Shown: positions 51,347 to 61,368 of the stretch, piece by piece | How positions within the stretch are numbered: the first letter of the stretch is position 1 | Layout: each line of letters begins with the position of its first letter | Assembly (NCBI GenBank): GCA_902596915.1 | Contig: CACJVQ010000004.1 | Coordinates: 8,077 to 72,076 of the forward strand | Length of the DNA stretch: 64,000 nucleotides | DNA from: an uncultured Pelagibacteraceae bacterium | Lineage (GTDB): Bacteria > Pseudomonadota > Alphaproteobacteria > Pelagibacterales > Pelagibacteraceae | Direction of reading: 5' to 3' | The notes under the pieces: generated by a model | Told to the model about the DNA's origin: nothing | Databases searched by the model: none | What the model saw: only the letters and a program-made list of their open reading frames with translations | Translations under genes and position numbers: made by a program

Positions 51347-52353
51347 TAAGAGATTTTATTCAAATTCTCAGCTATATCGCACATTCTATTAGAAAAACCC
51401 CACTCATTATCATACCAAGCAGAAATTTTACCCATATTAGTTCCAACCACATTCGTCAAAGTGGCATCTACAATTGCAGATGCGGAATGATGATTAAAAT
51501 CAATGGAAACCAGTTTCTCATGGGTAACTTCTAAAATTTTATTCAATTCATTTTTTGAGGCAGTTTCAAAAGCCTCATTAATTTTTTTAATATCTATTTC
51601 TTTTTTTGAACAGAAAATCAATTCGACAAGCGACACATTAGGAGTTGGAATTCTCATTGCAACTCCTTCTAATTTCCCTTTTAAGCTTGGAATTATCTCA
51701 CCTATTGCTTTTGATGCCCCAGTTGACGTTGGAACTATTGACTGGCTTGCAGCTCGTGCTCTTCTTGGATCTTTATGAGAATTATCCAAAATTCTTTGAT
51801 CACTAGTAAATGCATGAATGGTAGTCATAAAACCTTTTTCGATTTCAAAATTATTATTAAGGACATTCACTACTGGGGCCAAACAGTTAGTTGTGCATGA
51901 GGCAGCAGATATTATTTTATCATCTTTTGATATAATATTTTCATTTACGCCGAACACAATTGTTTTGTCAGCATTTTTACATGGAGCTGAAACGATTACT
52001 TTTTTTGCTCCATTTTTGATATGAGTAAGCAATTTTTCTTTTGAATTAAATTTACCAGTACACTCAAAAACATAGTCAACATGGTATTTTTTCCAATCAA
52101 TATTTTCAATTTTAGATTCTTGAGAAAATGTAATTTTATTTTTATTAATTATTAATTCATTTTCATTAAATTTTAAATCTGCATTAAATTTTCCATGAAT
52201 AGAATCATATTTTATTAATTTACAAGTAGTTTCTGCATTAGATCTGTTGTTTATGTGACTAATTTTTAAATTTTTATTTTGAGTTTCAAAAATTGATCTA
52301 ACAACCATTCGGCCAATTCTACCCATCCCATTAATTCCAATTTTAATAGTCAT
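51346..52353 (-). CDS. gap: Glyceraldehyde-3-phosphate dehydrogenase type I
   Basis: GINGMGRIGR, ASCTTNCLAP, WYDNEWGFS. Confidence 0.96.
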   Translation of the reverse strand: MTIKIGINGMGRIGRMVVRSIFETQNKNLKISHINNRSNAETTCKLIKYDSIHGKFNADLKFNENELIINKNKITFSQESKIENIDWKKYHVDYVFECTGKFNSKEKLLTHIKNGAKKVIVSAPCKNADKTIVFGVNENIISKDDKIISAASCTTNCLAPVVNVLNNNFEIEKGFMTTIHAFTSDQRILDNSHKDPRRARAASQSIVPTSTGASKAIGEIIPSLKGKLEGVAMRIPTPNVSLVELIFCSKKEIDIKKINEAFETASKNELNKILEVTHEKLVSIDFNHHSASAIVDATLTNVVGTNMGKISAWYDNEWGFSNRMCDIAENLNKIS

Positions 52354-52355
52354 CT

Positions 52356-54314
52356 TTAGTTTTCTATTTCTTTCTTTAATTTACCTACAATATTTGAAGA
52401 TGTTAGACCAAAATATTTATAAATTTCTTTATAGGGAGCACTTTTTCCAAATACATCAATTCCAAAAGCCATTCCAAAATCACCTACATATTTTTTCCAA
52501 CAGTCGCTTGATCCAGCTTCGATTGATATTTTCAATTTTGTCTCATTTAAAATTTTATTTTTATAATTATTTGATTGTGATTCAAAAAGCTCCATACATG
52601 GTACCGATATAACTTTGGAGTATATCCTATCTTTGGCTAATTTATGGCTGGCCTCTATAGCCAAGTTTACCTCAGAACCACTTGCTAAAATAGTCAATTT
52701 TATTTTTTTGTTTGTTCTTAAAACTTCATATGCTCCTAATGAGCACTTGTTAGTATTTGAATATTTATTTCTAATAGAATTAAGGTTTTGTCTTGTTAAC
52801 GATAGAATACTTGGTGTTTTAGAGCTCTTTAAAGCATGTTCCCAACATTCAATAGTTTCTATTCTATCTGCAGGTCTAAAAACATTAAGGTTGGGTATTG
52901 CTCTTAATCCAGATAATTGTTCAATAGGTTGGTGCGTTGGTCCATCCTCCCCAAGCCCTATGGAGTCATGTGTCATTACATATATAACCTGTTGGTTCAT
53001 CATTGCTGCTAATCTTATTGATGGTTTGCAGTAATCTGAAAAAATTAAAAAAGTTCCTCCATAAGGTATGAATTTACTGTGTAAAGCTAATCCATTCATT
53101 ATTCCACACATCGCATGTTCTCTTACTCCATAATGAATATAGTTTCCTTTAAAATTTCCTGGTTTTATTATTTCATGATTTTTTGTTTTGGTATTATTTG
53201 ATCCAGCAAGATCTGCTGATCCACCAATAAGTGTATTATTGTTTTTAACAAGAGAGTTAATAATTGACTCAGAGGATTTTCTGGAAGCAAGACTTTTTTC
53301 TTCTTTTAATGCAATTTTTTTTTCATTTACTGCAGACTTTAAGAAATCATTTTTAAAAAGTTTATTTATTTTACTTTTTTTCTTCCTATAAATTTTGTTC
53401 CACCTGTTTTCAATTTCTTCTCCCTTACCCCCAATATTTCGCCAAATCTTCAATATATTTTTGGGAATTTCAAATGGTTTATAATTCCAACCTAATTCTT
53501 TTCGAACCAGTTCAATCTCTTCAGTACCAAGAGGGCTTCCATGAGAGGAGGCTTTTCCAGATTTATTAGGTGATCCATAACCAATTTTAGTCTTGCAAGA
53601 AATAACTGTGGGTTTTTTTGCATTTTGAACTTTTTTAAGGGCATTAAATATTTCTTTTTCTTTATGACCATCAATTTCTAGGTAATCCCACCCATAACTC
53701 TCAAATCTTTTTTTAAAATTATCTGAAACTGCTAAACTTGTTGGTCCATCAATGGATATAGAATTATTGTCAAATAACATTATTAAGTTTTTAAGTTTTA
53801 AATGTCCAGCCAAGCTCATAGCTTCGTGGCTTATGCCTTCCATTAGACAGCCATCTCCAGCAACTACATAAGTTTTATGATTTATAATATCTTTACCGAT
53901 TTTTTGTTTTAAAATTTCTTCTGCTAATGCAAAACCTACTGCATTAGAAATTCCCTGACCCAAAGGACCTGTTGTTGTTTCAATGCCTGAGTTTTGAACA
54001 TACTCTGGATGACCTGCGCAAATAGAGTCAATTTGTCTAAAGTTTTTAATATCTTTTAATTTAACACTTTTGTAACCTGTTAAATAAAGTAATGAGTAAA
54101 GCAACATTGATCCGTGACCAGCAGATAAAACGAATCTATCTCTATTTATCCAGCTAGGATTTTTTGGATTAAATTTCAAAAAATATTTAAAAAGTATTGT
54201 AGATACATCAGCCATCCCCATAGGCATACCTGGGTGACCAGAATTAGCTTTTTGTACGGCATCCATCGAAAGAACACGTATAGAGTTAGACAAGATTTTA
54301 TTAAATTTTTTCAA
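52356..54314 (-). CDS. tkt: Transketolase
   Basis: SGHPG, TTGPLGQG, GDGCLMEG, THDSIGLGEDGPTHQP. Confidence 0.96.
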   Translation of the reverse strand: MKKFNKILSNSIRVLSMDAVQKANSGHPGMPMGMADVSTILFKYFLKFNPKNPSWINRDRFVLSAGHGSMLLYSLLYLTGYKSVKLKDIKNFRQIDSICAGHPEYVQNSGIETTTGPLGQGISNAVGFALAEEILKQKIGKDIINHKTYVVAGDGCLMEGISHEAMSLAGHLKLKNLIMLFDNNSISIDGPTSLAVSDNFKKRFESYGWDYLEIDGHKEKEIFNALKKVQNAKKPTVISCKTKIGYGSPNKSGKASSHGSPLGTEEIELVRKELGWNYKPFEIPKNILKIWRNIGGKGEEIENRWNKIYRKKKSKINKLFKNDFLKSAVNEKKIALKEEKSLASRKSSESIINSLVKNNNTLIGGSADLAGSNNTKTKNHEIIKPGNFKGNYIHYGVREHAMCGIMNGLALHSKFIPYGGTFLIFSDYCKPSIRLAAMMNQQVIYVMTHDSIGLGEDGPTHQPIEQLSGLRAIPNLNVFRPADRIETIECWEHALKSSKTPSILSLTRQNLNSIRNKYSNTNKCSLGAYEVLRTNKKIKLTILASGSEVNLAIEASHKLAKDRIYSKVISVPCMELFESQSNNYKNKILNETKLKISIEAGSSDCWKKYVGDFGMAFGIDVFGKSAPYKEIYKYFGLTSSNIVGKLKKEIEN

Positions 54315-54336
54315 AATTTATCCTTTGTAGACTTAG

Positions 54337-54690
54337 GTGAATCAATTTATTAATATAGATATATATATGAAATCAATTAGTGAAAAAGAAAAAAAACTAT
54401 TAGAAACTTTAGATAAATTAAAAAATCTAGAAAATATAAAACCAGATAAAATTTTGGAGTTAGAAAATCTAGCAAACCAAAAAAATCAATTAGAAATTGA
54501 AAAAAAAGAAATAGAACAAAAGTATAATACACTTCAACAAGAAAATCAGACTCTTAAACAGAAATTTGATGATTTTAAAAAAAAAGAAATTGAGGAAAAA
54601 AAAAGGGAAGATCAATTTTCTGAAAAAATTGATGAATTAAACCAAGAAACAGATAATTTAATGGAAGAAATTGATAAATGGCAAATGTAA
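54337..54690 (+). CDS. Coiled-coil protein upstream of zapA (start possibly 54367)
   Basis: E/K/Q-rich heptad pattern; overlaps zapA start. Confidence 0.65.
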   Translation: MNQFINIDIYMKSISEKEKKLLETLDKLKNLENIKPDKILELENLANQKNQLEIEKKEIEQKYNTLQQENQTLKQKFDDFKKKEIEEKKREDQFSEKIDELNQETDNLMEEIDKWQM

Positions 54691-55124
54691 ATATAAAATT
54701 TAATGGAAAAGAATTTCTGTTATCTTGCGAAGATGGGCAAGAGGAACATTTAGAGGAATTAGCCTTATATTTAAATGAAAAGTTTAGTAATTTAAAAAAT
54801 TCTTTGGGAAATATAGGAGAAAGTAAACTTTTACTTATAACGTCTATTTCTGTTTTAGATGAGTATTATGAGACTAAAAAAAAAATAGATATACAAAAAA
54901 AAGAAATAAATAAAATTACTGAGAAATTTAAAGAACTTAAATCATTAGTATATAATTATAGAGATTTAAAAGAAATCGAGATTTCTGAATTAAGCAAAAA
55001 CCAGGATAATTTAAAGAATGAAATCGAAGCTAATCGTAACGATTATGAATCTTTAGTTGATAAGACTACACTCGAGTTAGAAAATTTTATCAAACGAAAT
55101 GATCCAGATACCAAGACTCAATAA
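54678..55124 (+). CDS. zapA: Cell division protein ZapA
   Basis: V.I.FNGKEF.LSCEDGQEEHL..LA; extended coiled-coil tail. Confidence 0.85.
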   Translation: MANVNIKFNGKEFLLSCEDGQEEHLEELALYLNEKFSNLKNSLGNIGESKLLLITSISVLDEYYETKKKIDIQKKEINKITEKFKELKSLVYNYRDLKEIEISELSKNQDNLKNEIEANRNDYESLVDKTTLELENFIKRNDPDTKTQ

Positions 55125-55129
55125 TCGTA

Positions 55130-55675
55130 GTGTCTAAGGAAAAATTAAGAAAAAAATTAATTAATTTAAGAAAAGCTAATTTTACTAATCAAGGCATAAG
55201 CTTCATTAAATTTAATAGTATATTGAAAAAATTGAATTTTAATAAAAATATCAACATTGGAGGGTATTATCCAATAAATAGTGAAATCGGATGTTTAGAT
55301 ATTTTAGAAAAGTTAGAAAAAAATAATTTTAAAATATCTTTACCGATTACTAAGAAAAATCATGATATGGATTTTTATGAATGGTCTTTTCAAAGCCCGC
55401 TAAAAATCAGTTACCAAGGTATTCCAGAGCCAAATATTAAAAAGAAAGTTTTTCCAGATGTTTTGATTGTCCCTCTTGTTGGATTTGATAATAATAAATT
55501 TAGATTAGGTTATGGAGGTGGGTTTTATGACAGATATATTTCAAAACTTTCAAATTTTAAAAAAGTTTTAACAGTTGGTTTTGCCTTTCCATTTCAAGAA
55601 GTTAAAAATATTCCCATTAATAAATATGACAAAAAATTAGATTTTATTTTAACTAATAAAGGAGTCATAAAATGA
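55130..55675 (+). CDS. 5-formyltetrahydrofolate cyclo-ligase
   Basis: K..LR, GIPEP, VPLVGFD, RLGYGGGFYDR. Confidence 0.93.
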   Translation: MSKEKLRKKLINLRKANFTNQGISFIKFNSILKKLNFNKNINIGGYYPINSEIGCLDILEKLEKNNFKISLPITKKNHDMDFYEWSFQSPLKISYQGIPEPNIKKKVFPDVLIVPLVGFDNNKFRLGYGGGFYDRYISKLSNFKKVLTVGFAFPFQEVKNIPINKYDKKLDFILTNKGVIK

Positions 55676-56478
55676 ACATTTTATTTTTAGGTGATATAGT
55701 TGGCAATAGTGGATGTCATGCAGTAAAAAAATTTTTACCAGATATTATCAAATCAAAAAAAATAAACTTTGTTGTTGTAAACGGTGAGAATGCTGCAAAA
55801 GAAGGTGTAGGTATAACAGAGAATATAGTGAATGAATTACTTAGTTGTGGCGTTGATGTAATTACAACTGGTAATCATGTCTGGGATCAAAAAGAAACAT
55901 ATGAATTTATAAAAAATCAAAAAAGGTTATTAAGACCTCTTAATTTATCTGGCGATGTTCCAGGTGATGGTTTTGGTATTTATGATTCTTATGGCGGTTA
56001 CAAAGTGGGTGTATTAAATTTAATGGGTAATGTTTTTATGAAAAAATCTGATGATGTCTTTATAAAAAGCAAAGAATTTTTAGATCAAAATATGCTGAAA
56101 AAAAAGTATGATTTTCTTATAGTTGACTTTCATGGTGAGATAACAAGTGAGAAAATGGCCATTGGACACGTATTTGACGGAAATGCTACATTTGTTGTGG
56201 GAACTCATACTCATGTACCTACAAATGACGGAAGGGTGTTAAGTAAGGGAACCGCATATTTAACAGATGCAGGAATGTGTGGTGATTATGATTCAGTAAT
56301 TGGGATGAACACTAAAAATTCTGTCAATAGGTTTTACAAAAGAGATTCTATAAAACATTTTCCTGCTGAAGGTGAGGCCTCACTTTGTGGAGCAATTATT
56401 GAAGCTAATCCAAAAAATGGTTTGGCATCAAATATTAGTCAGTTTATATTTGGTGGTCAACTTCAGAAAAAATTTTAA
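55672..56478 (+). CDS. YmdB-family metallophosphoesterase
   Basis: GDIVG, NGEN, TGNH, DFHGE.TSEK, GTHTH. Confidence 0.92.
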   Translation: MNILFLGDIVGNSGCHAVKKFLPDIIKSKKINFVVVNGENAAKEGVGITENIVNELLSCGVDVITTGNHVWDQKETYEFIKNQKRLLRPLNLSGDVPGDGFGIYDSYGGYKVGVLNLMGNVFMKKSDDVFIKSKEFLDQNMLKKKYDFLIVDFHGEITSEKMAIGHVFDGNATFVVGTHTHVPTNDGRVLSKGTAYLTDAGMCGDYDSVIGMNTKNSVNRFYKRDSIKHFPAEGEASLCGAIIEANPKNGLASNISQFIFGGQLQKKF

Positions 56479-56481
56479 ATC

Positions 56482-57195
56482 ATGGCAGGACATTCACATT
56501 GGGCAGGGATTAAACATAAAAAAGGAAAGGCAGACAAGCAAAGATCAGCCATTTTTTCAAAACTATCTAGGGAAATTACAGTAGCAGCAAAACTTGGAGA
56601 TAAAAATCCAGATATGAATTCAAGATTAAGATCTGCGATCCAGGCTGCTAGATCAGCAAATATGCCAAAAGATAATATTGAAAGAGCAATTGACAAATCA
56701 TCAATAGCGGCAGACTCTAATTTTGAAAATATAAGATATGAAGGATTTGGACCTGCAAAAACAGCTATAGTAATTACTACTTTAACGGATAATAAAAATA
56801 GAACTGCATCTAATTTAAGAACAATTTTTCAAAAAAATGGAGGAGGACTTGGCACACAAGGTTCAGCATCACATAATTTTCTTCAACTAGGAGTTATAAA
56901 AATTGATAAAGGAGAAATTGATGAAGAAAAAGTTTTCAACCTAGCAACTGATGCTGGAGCTAATGATTGCATATTTCACAATAATTATTATGAAATTCAT
57001 ACAAATAATGATGAGATATATGATGTAAAAAATCTATTGGAAAAAGAGATTTCTAATTTTATATCTACAGAAATTGAATGGGTTCCTATAAATAAAATTA
57101 ATCTAAATGAGGAAGACAAAGAAAAAATGAATAAGTTTTTGGAGATTTTAGAGGAAGATGATGATGTTCAAAATGTTTTTACAAATGCAATTTAA
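56482..57195 (+). CDS. yebC: YebC/PmpR family protein
   Basis: MAGHSHWAGIKHKK, YEGFGP, TDNKNRT, DDVQNV. Confidence 0.95.
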   Translation: MAGHSHWAGIKHKKGKADKQRSAIFSKLSREITVAAKLGDKNPDMNSRLRSAIQAARSANMPKDNIERAIDKSSIAADSNFENIRYEGFGPAKTAIVITTLTDNKNRTASNLRTIFQKNGGGLGTQGSASHNFLQLGVIKIDKGEIDEEKVFNLATDAGANDCIFHNNYYEIHTNNDEIYDVKNLLEKEISNFISTEIEWVPINKINLNEEDKEKMNKFLEILEEDDDVQNVFTNAI

Positions 57196-57204
57196 TTTAA
57201 TTTT

Positions 57205-57699
57205 ATGTTAATAATAGGAATAGATCCTGGAATAACTGGTGCAATTTGTTTTTTTGAAGACGGAGAATTGAAGGATGTAATTGATATGCCTACTATGGCA
57301 TCAGGAAATAAAAATAAAAAACAAATTAATGGTAGCCAAATATTTAACGAAATATCTTTAAGAATTCAAAAATACAAATCTGAGAATATAAATGTAGTGG
57401 TAGAGCAAGTTTCAGCAATGCCTGGACAAGGTGTTACTAGTATGTTTAACTTTGGACAATCATTTGGAGTTTTGAAAGGAGTTTGTGCTGCAATGCAACT
57501 ACCAATTTTTTTTGTAAGACCAGCCAAATGGAAAAAGCATTATGATTTAATAAATTCTCAAAAAGATTCGAGTAGAGTTAAAGCAATCGAAATGTTTCCT
57601 AAGTTTTCATCAATGTTATCTCGAAAAAAAGATACCAACAAAGCAGATGCAATATTAATAGCTAATTATCATCTAAATTCTCAAGAAAAAAAAATATAG
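57205..57699 (+). CDS. ruvC: RuvC-fold Holliday junction resolvase, atypical (phage/MOC1-like)
   Basis: IGIDPG, VVEQV, PGQGVTSMFNFG, PAKWKK, ADAILIA; in the ruvC slot after yebC. Confidence 0.75.
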   Translation: MLIIGIDPGITGAICFFEDGELKDVIDMPTMASGNKNKKQINGSQIFNEISLRIQKYKSENINVVVEQVSAMPGQGVTSMFNFGQSFGVLKGVCAAMQLPIFFVRPAKWKKHYDLINSQKDSSRVKAIEMFPKFSSMLSRKKDTNKADAILIANYHLNSQEKKI

Positions 57700-57749
57700 C
57701 TAGCTTTTATAGACAAATTCATGACACATTTTAGTGTGAAATCAATTAA

Positions 57750-58424
57750 ATGGACGTAGATATAACTTCCCAAGCAGTAGGATTAGCAAGTAATACAGAT
57801 TTTTCAATTTTAAGTTTATTTTTGAGAGCAGACTTTATAGTTAAATCTGTCATTATCATTCTAATCGCTAGCTCAGTTTATTCTTGGGCGATAATTTTTG
57901 ATAAAATTATAATGTTTAGAAAAATTAATAGAGATTCTGAAGATTTTGAAGAAAGATTTTGGAAATCTAAGTCTGCAGAAACATTTTACAATAGCTTGCC
58001 GACATCATTAGATAATCCAATGGCTCAATTATTCAAAGATTCGATGCAAGCTGTTATGAAATCAAGATCAAAAACAAATATAAGCCAAAGACTTGAAAGT
58101 ATTTTAGAAGTAAATATCGAAAAGCAAATGAATGTTGTAAACAACAAATTTACTTTTCTAGCAACAGTAGGATCTACAGCACCATTTATTGGATTATTTG
58201 GAACAGTCTGGGGAATAATGAATTCTTTTCAATCAATTGCTATATCGAGAAATACCAGTCTAGCTATTGTGGCCCCTGGAATTGCAGAAGCTTTATTTGC
58301 AACTGCTCTAGGTTTGTTAGCAGCGATACCAGCAGTAATTGCTTACAATAAATTTGGAAATGATTCCAAAAAATATTCACAAAAATTAGAAAATTTTTCA
58401 AAAAGATTTATTTCAATAATTTAA
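57750..58424 (+). CDS. tolQ: TolQ
   Basis: APFIGLFGTVWGIM, VAPGIAEALFATA. Confidence 0.95.
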   Translation: MDVDITSQAVGLASNTDFSILSLFLRADFIVKSVIIILIASSVYSWAIIFDKIIMFRKINRDSEDFEERFWKSKSAETFYNSLPTSLDNPMAQLFKDSMQAVMKSRSKTNISQRLESILEVNIEKQMNVVNNKFTFLATVGSTAPFIGLFGTVWGIMNSFQSIAISRNTSLAIVAPGIAEALFATALGLLAAIPAVIAYNKFGNDSKKYSQKLENFSKRFISII

Positions 58425-58425
58425 T

Positions 58426-58842
58426 ATGGCATTTAACTTAAAGCGCTCAGAAAGAGAACCGATGAGTGAAATAAATGTAACCCCCTTTGTTGATGTAATG
58501 CTTGTTCTTTTAATTATTTTTATGGTAACTGCTCCTTTGCTTACGGTTGGTGTTCAAGTTGATCTCCCTGAAACATCTGCTGATACTTTGCCAGAAGAAA
58601 GTGAGCCACTCACGTTGACTATTAACTCAAAAGGTGAAGTTTTTATTCAAGAGACAAAAATTGAATTTAATAATTTAATTAAAAAAATTTTAGCTGTATC
58701 TAACAATAGAACTGACACAAGAATTTATGTTAGAGGTGACAAGACAATTAATTATGGGAGAGTACTAGAAGTAATGGGTATACTTTCAGGTTCAGGCTTT
58801 ACTAAAGTTGCCTTAATATCTGAACCATACAAAGAGAGATAA
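58426..58842 (+). CDS. tolR: TolR
   Basis: EINVTPFVDVMLVLLIIFMVTAP, VRGD. Confidence 0.95.
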   Translation: MAFNLKRSEREPMSEINVTPFVDVMLVLLIIFMVTAPLLTVGVQVDLPETSADTLPEESEPLTLTINSKGEVFIQETKIEFNNLIKKILAVSNNRTDTRIYVRGDKTINYGRVLEVMGILSGSGFTKVALISEPYKER

Positions 58843-58844
58843 AC

Positions 58845-59912
58845 TTGTTTAATAAAATTGCATTAAGTGGTGTTCCAAATGGATTTAATAATTTTTCTTT
58901 TGGTATGTTATTTTCAGTTATTTTTCATGGATCGATATTTGTCGCAACAATTTTTGCCCTTCCCTTCGTTGTAAAAAAACCAATTGAGTTACTCCCAAGT
59001 ATATCAGTTGAATTAATACAAATTTCTGAGCAGATGAATATTCCCTATGCCCCAAAAGCAGCTAAAATTATCGAAAAAGCAAAAACTGAAAATAAAAAGT
59101 TACTCTCCGAGCAAGCCCCACCAAAAGAGATAAAAAAAGAGATAAATAAGCAAGTAAAATTTGATAATCAAAAAGATGAGATAGACTTATCAAAATCAAA
59201 AAAAATACCAGTCCCTGAAAAAAAACAGGAAAAAGTTAAATTAGAAAAGTCTGAAGCTGTCCCATTACCTGATAAAAAGCTAGAAAAAATAGAAACTAAA
59301 CAAGAAACTGAGCAACAACCATCAAAAGAAAAAAAAAAAACATTAGTCGAAAAAGAAAAAAGAAAAAAAATTGAAAAACAGATAGAAAAAGACACAGTTA
59401 TTAAAGAATTTGTTAAAAAAACAAAACCAATCAAAGATGATAAAGCAATCCAAGCTTCTGAATATGAAAAAAAGGAATTAGATGTAGATTTAATTAAAGG
59501 CTTAATTGCAAAGCAATACGAAAATGTTGGAGAAGTAAAAAAAAAAACTGATGGAACCACACAATCTGAGGATAAATCAATGAGATTAACAAAATTATCT
59601 GTTACAACAGAATATTCTATTCAGATGCAGTATTTAGTTTGTTGGACACCCCCTGTTGAAAGTGAATATAAAAAAAATGATTACGTAGTTACAGTAAAAC
59701 TTAATTTAGAAAAGAATGGAAGAGTTAAAAGTAGAGAGATTTTAGAGAGAAAAAGAATGGCCACAGACAGTAAATATAGAATTTTTGCCGAGCGTGTTGA
59801 TCGTGCAGTATTAAGGTGTAATCCTCTTAAAAATCTTCCACTTAAAACCTATGAAGATTGGAGTACTATGATATTAAGGTTTAATCCAGAAGGTATGATG
59901 GTGGGGCAATGA
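58845..59912 (+). CDS. tolA: TolA-like energy transducer
   Basis: S..FH TM, K/E-rich stalk, CW.PP...C.P C-domain; synteny. Confidence 0.8.
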   Translation: MFNKIALSGVPNGFNNFSFGMLFSVIFHGSIFVATIFALPFVVKKPIELLPSISVELIQISEQMNIPYAPKAAKIIEKAKTENKKLLSEQAPPKEIKKEINKQVKFDNQKDEIDLSKSKKIPVPEKKQEKVKLEKSEAVPLPDKKLEKIETKQETEQQPSKEKKKTLVEKEKRKKIEKQIEKDTVIKEFVKKTKPIKDDKAIQASEYEKKELDVDLIKGLIAKQYENVGEVKKKTDGTTQSEDKSMRLTKLSVTTEYSIQMQYLVCWTPPVESEYKKNDYVVTVKLNLEKNGRVKSREILERKRMATDSKYRIFAERVDRAVLRCNPLKNLPLKTYEDWSTMILRFNPEGMMVGQ

Positions 59913-61273
59913 AAAAAAATTTATTTTTGATAATTCTTTTTTACGTTTTTTTAAAACCAAGTATTAGTTTTTCACTTGTAGAAATTGATATTACCAGAGG
60001 TAATCTTGATCCAATGCCTATTTCGGTGTCACCTTTTTTTTCTGATAAAATTACTGACGAAAATATTAAAGAAAATTTAAATATTGAAAACCTAGGCCTA
60101 GAAATATCAAAAATAATTGAGAACAATCTTGAAAAAACTGGTTTATTTGATGCAATTGAGAAAGAGGCATTTTTGCAAAAACCAGATATTGCTCATTTAA
60201 AACCAAGGTTTGAAGATTGGGCTTTGATTAAATCACAAGTTTTGATCACTGGTAAAGTAACATCCAAAATAATAAATGAGAAAGATTATATAAATATAGA
60301 ATTCAAACTTTGGGATGTTCTAGGTGCAAAAATGGTTGATGGTTTTTCTTTAACAACAACACCACGTTCTTGGAGAAGGGTTGGTCATAAAATTTCTGAC
60401 AAGGTTTATGAACGCTTAACAGGAGAAAGCGGTTATTTTGATACTAGAATAATATATGTAGCGGAGGAAGGGCCTAAAACTCAAAGAATAAAAAAATTAG
60501 CATTGATGGACCAAGATGGTTTTAATACGAAGTATATAACATTAGGAAGTGAATTAGTTTTAACTCCAAGATTTAATCCAGCTAACGATAAAGAAATAAC
60601 TTATATGTCTTACTTTAGGAATATGCCTAGGGTTTATATAGTAAACCTTCAAACTGGTGAGCAGAAAGTAGTAGGTGATTTTAGAGGTATGACATTTGCC
60701 CCAAGATTTTCGCCTGATGGAAAAAAACTTATAATGAGTCTCGCAAAAGACGGTAATTCGGAGATATGGGTCAGAAATTTAGAGACAAACATCCAAGAAA
60801 AATTAACCGATCATCCCTCTATTGATACCTCTCCATCATACTCACCCGACGGCAAATTTATTACATTTAATTCTGATAGAAGTGGTTATCAGCAAATTTA
60901 TGTAATGAGAAGTGATGGATCAAAAGTTAAAAGAATATCATTTGGAAAAGGAATTTATGGTACGCCAGTTTGGTCACCAAGAGGAGATTTAATAGCGTTT
61001 ACAAAACTACATAAAAAAAAATTTTTTATTGGAGTTATGAGAACGGATGGAACTGGGGAGAGATTGCTTACAGAAAATTTTTATCAAGAGGCACCTTCAT
61101 GGTCTCCAAATGGAAGAATAATCATATTTTATAGAGAGACAAAAACTGACGACAAGGGTCAGGGATTTTCAGCAAAATTATGGTCAATTGATTTAACTGG
61201 ATACAACGAGAGGTTGGTATCAACTGAGACTGATGCTTCAGACCCATCATGGTCTTCTTTGCTGGGAAATTGA
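59909..61273 (+). CDS. tolB: TolB
   Basis: GYFDTRI, PD40 repeats (PRFSPDG, PSYSPDG, PVWSP, PSWSP). Confidence 0.95.
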   Translation: MKKNLFLIILFYVFLKPSISFSLVEIDITRGNLDPMPISVSPFFSDKITDENIKENLNIENLGLEISKIIENNLEKTGLFDAIEKEAFLQKPDIAHLKPRFEDWALIKSQVLITGKVTSKIINEKDYINIEFKLWDVLGAKMVDGFSLTTTPRSWRRVGHKISDKVYERLTGESGYFDTRIIYVAEEGPKTQRIKKLALMDQDGFNTKYITLGSELVLTPRFNPANDKEITYMSYFRNMPRVYIVNLQTGEQKVVGDFRGMTFAPRFSPDGKKLIMSLAKDGNSEIWVRNLETNIQEKLTDHPSIDTSPSYSPDGKFITFNSDRSGYQQIYVMRSDGSKVKRISFGKGIYGTPVWSPRGDLIAFTKLHKKKFFIGVMRTDGTGERLLTENFYQEAPSWSPNGRIIIFYRETKTDDKGQGFSAKLWSIDLTGYNERLVSTETDASDPSWSSLLGN

Positions 61274-61368
61274 AGAAAATTTACTATTTTGTTAAATTAG
61301 GTTGATTTTTCTGGACAAAACATCTAATTAAATGATTAAATTCATAATATTCTATTTAAGGAGCAAAA

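Noticed and set aside
57205-57699. Prophage, transposon or Cas-related RuvC
   Set aside because: No phage, IS or CRISPR features nearby; sits in the conserved core ruvC position
59168-59560. 130-aa antisense ORF and other short antisense or nested ORFs (e.g. 33811, 42824, 52615, 63529)
   Set aside because: Shadows of well-supported genes; no motifs
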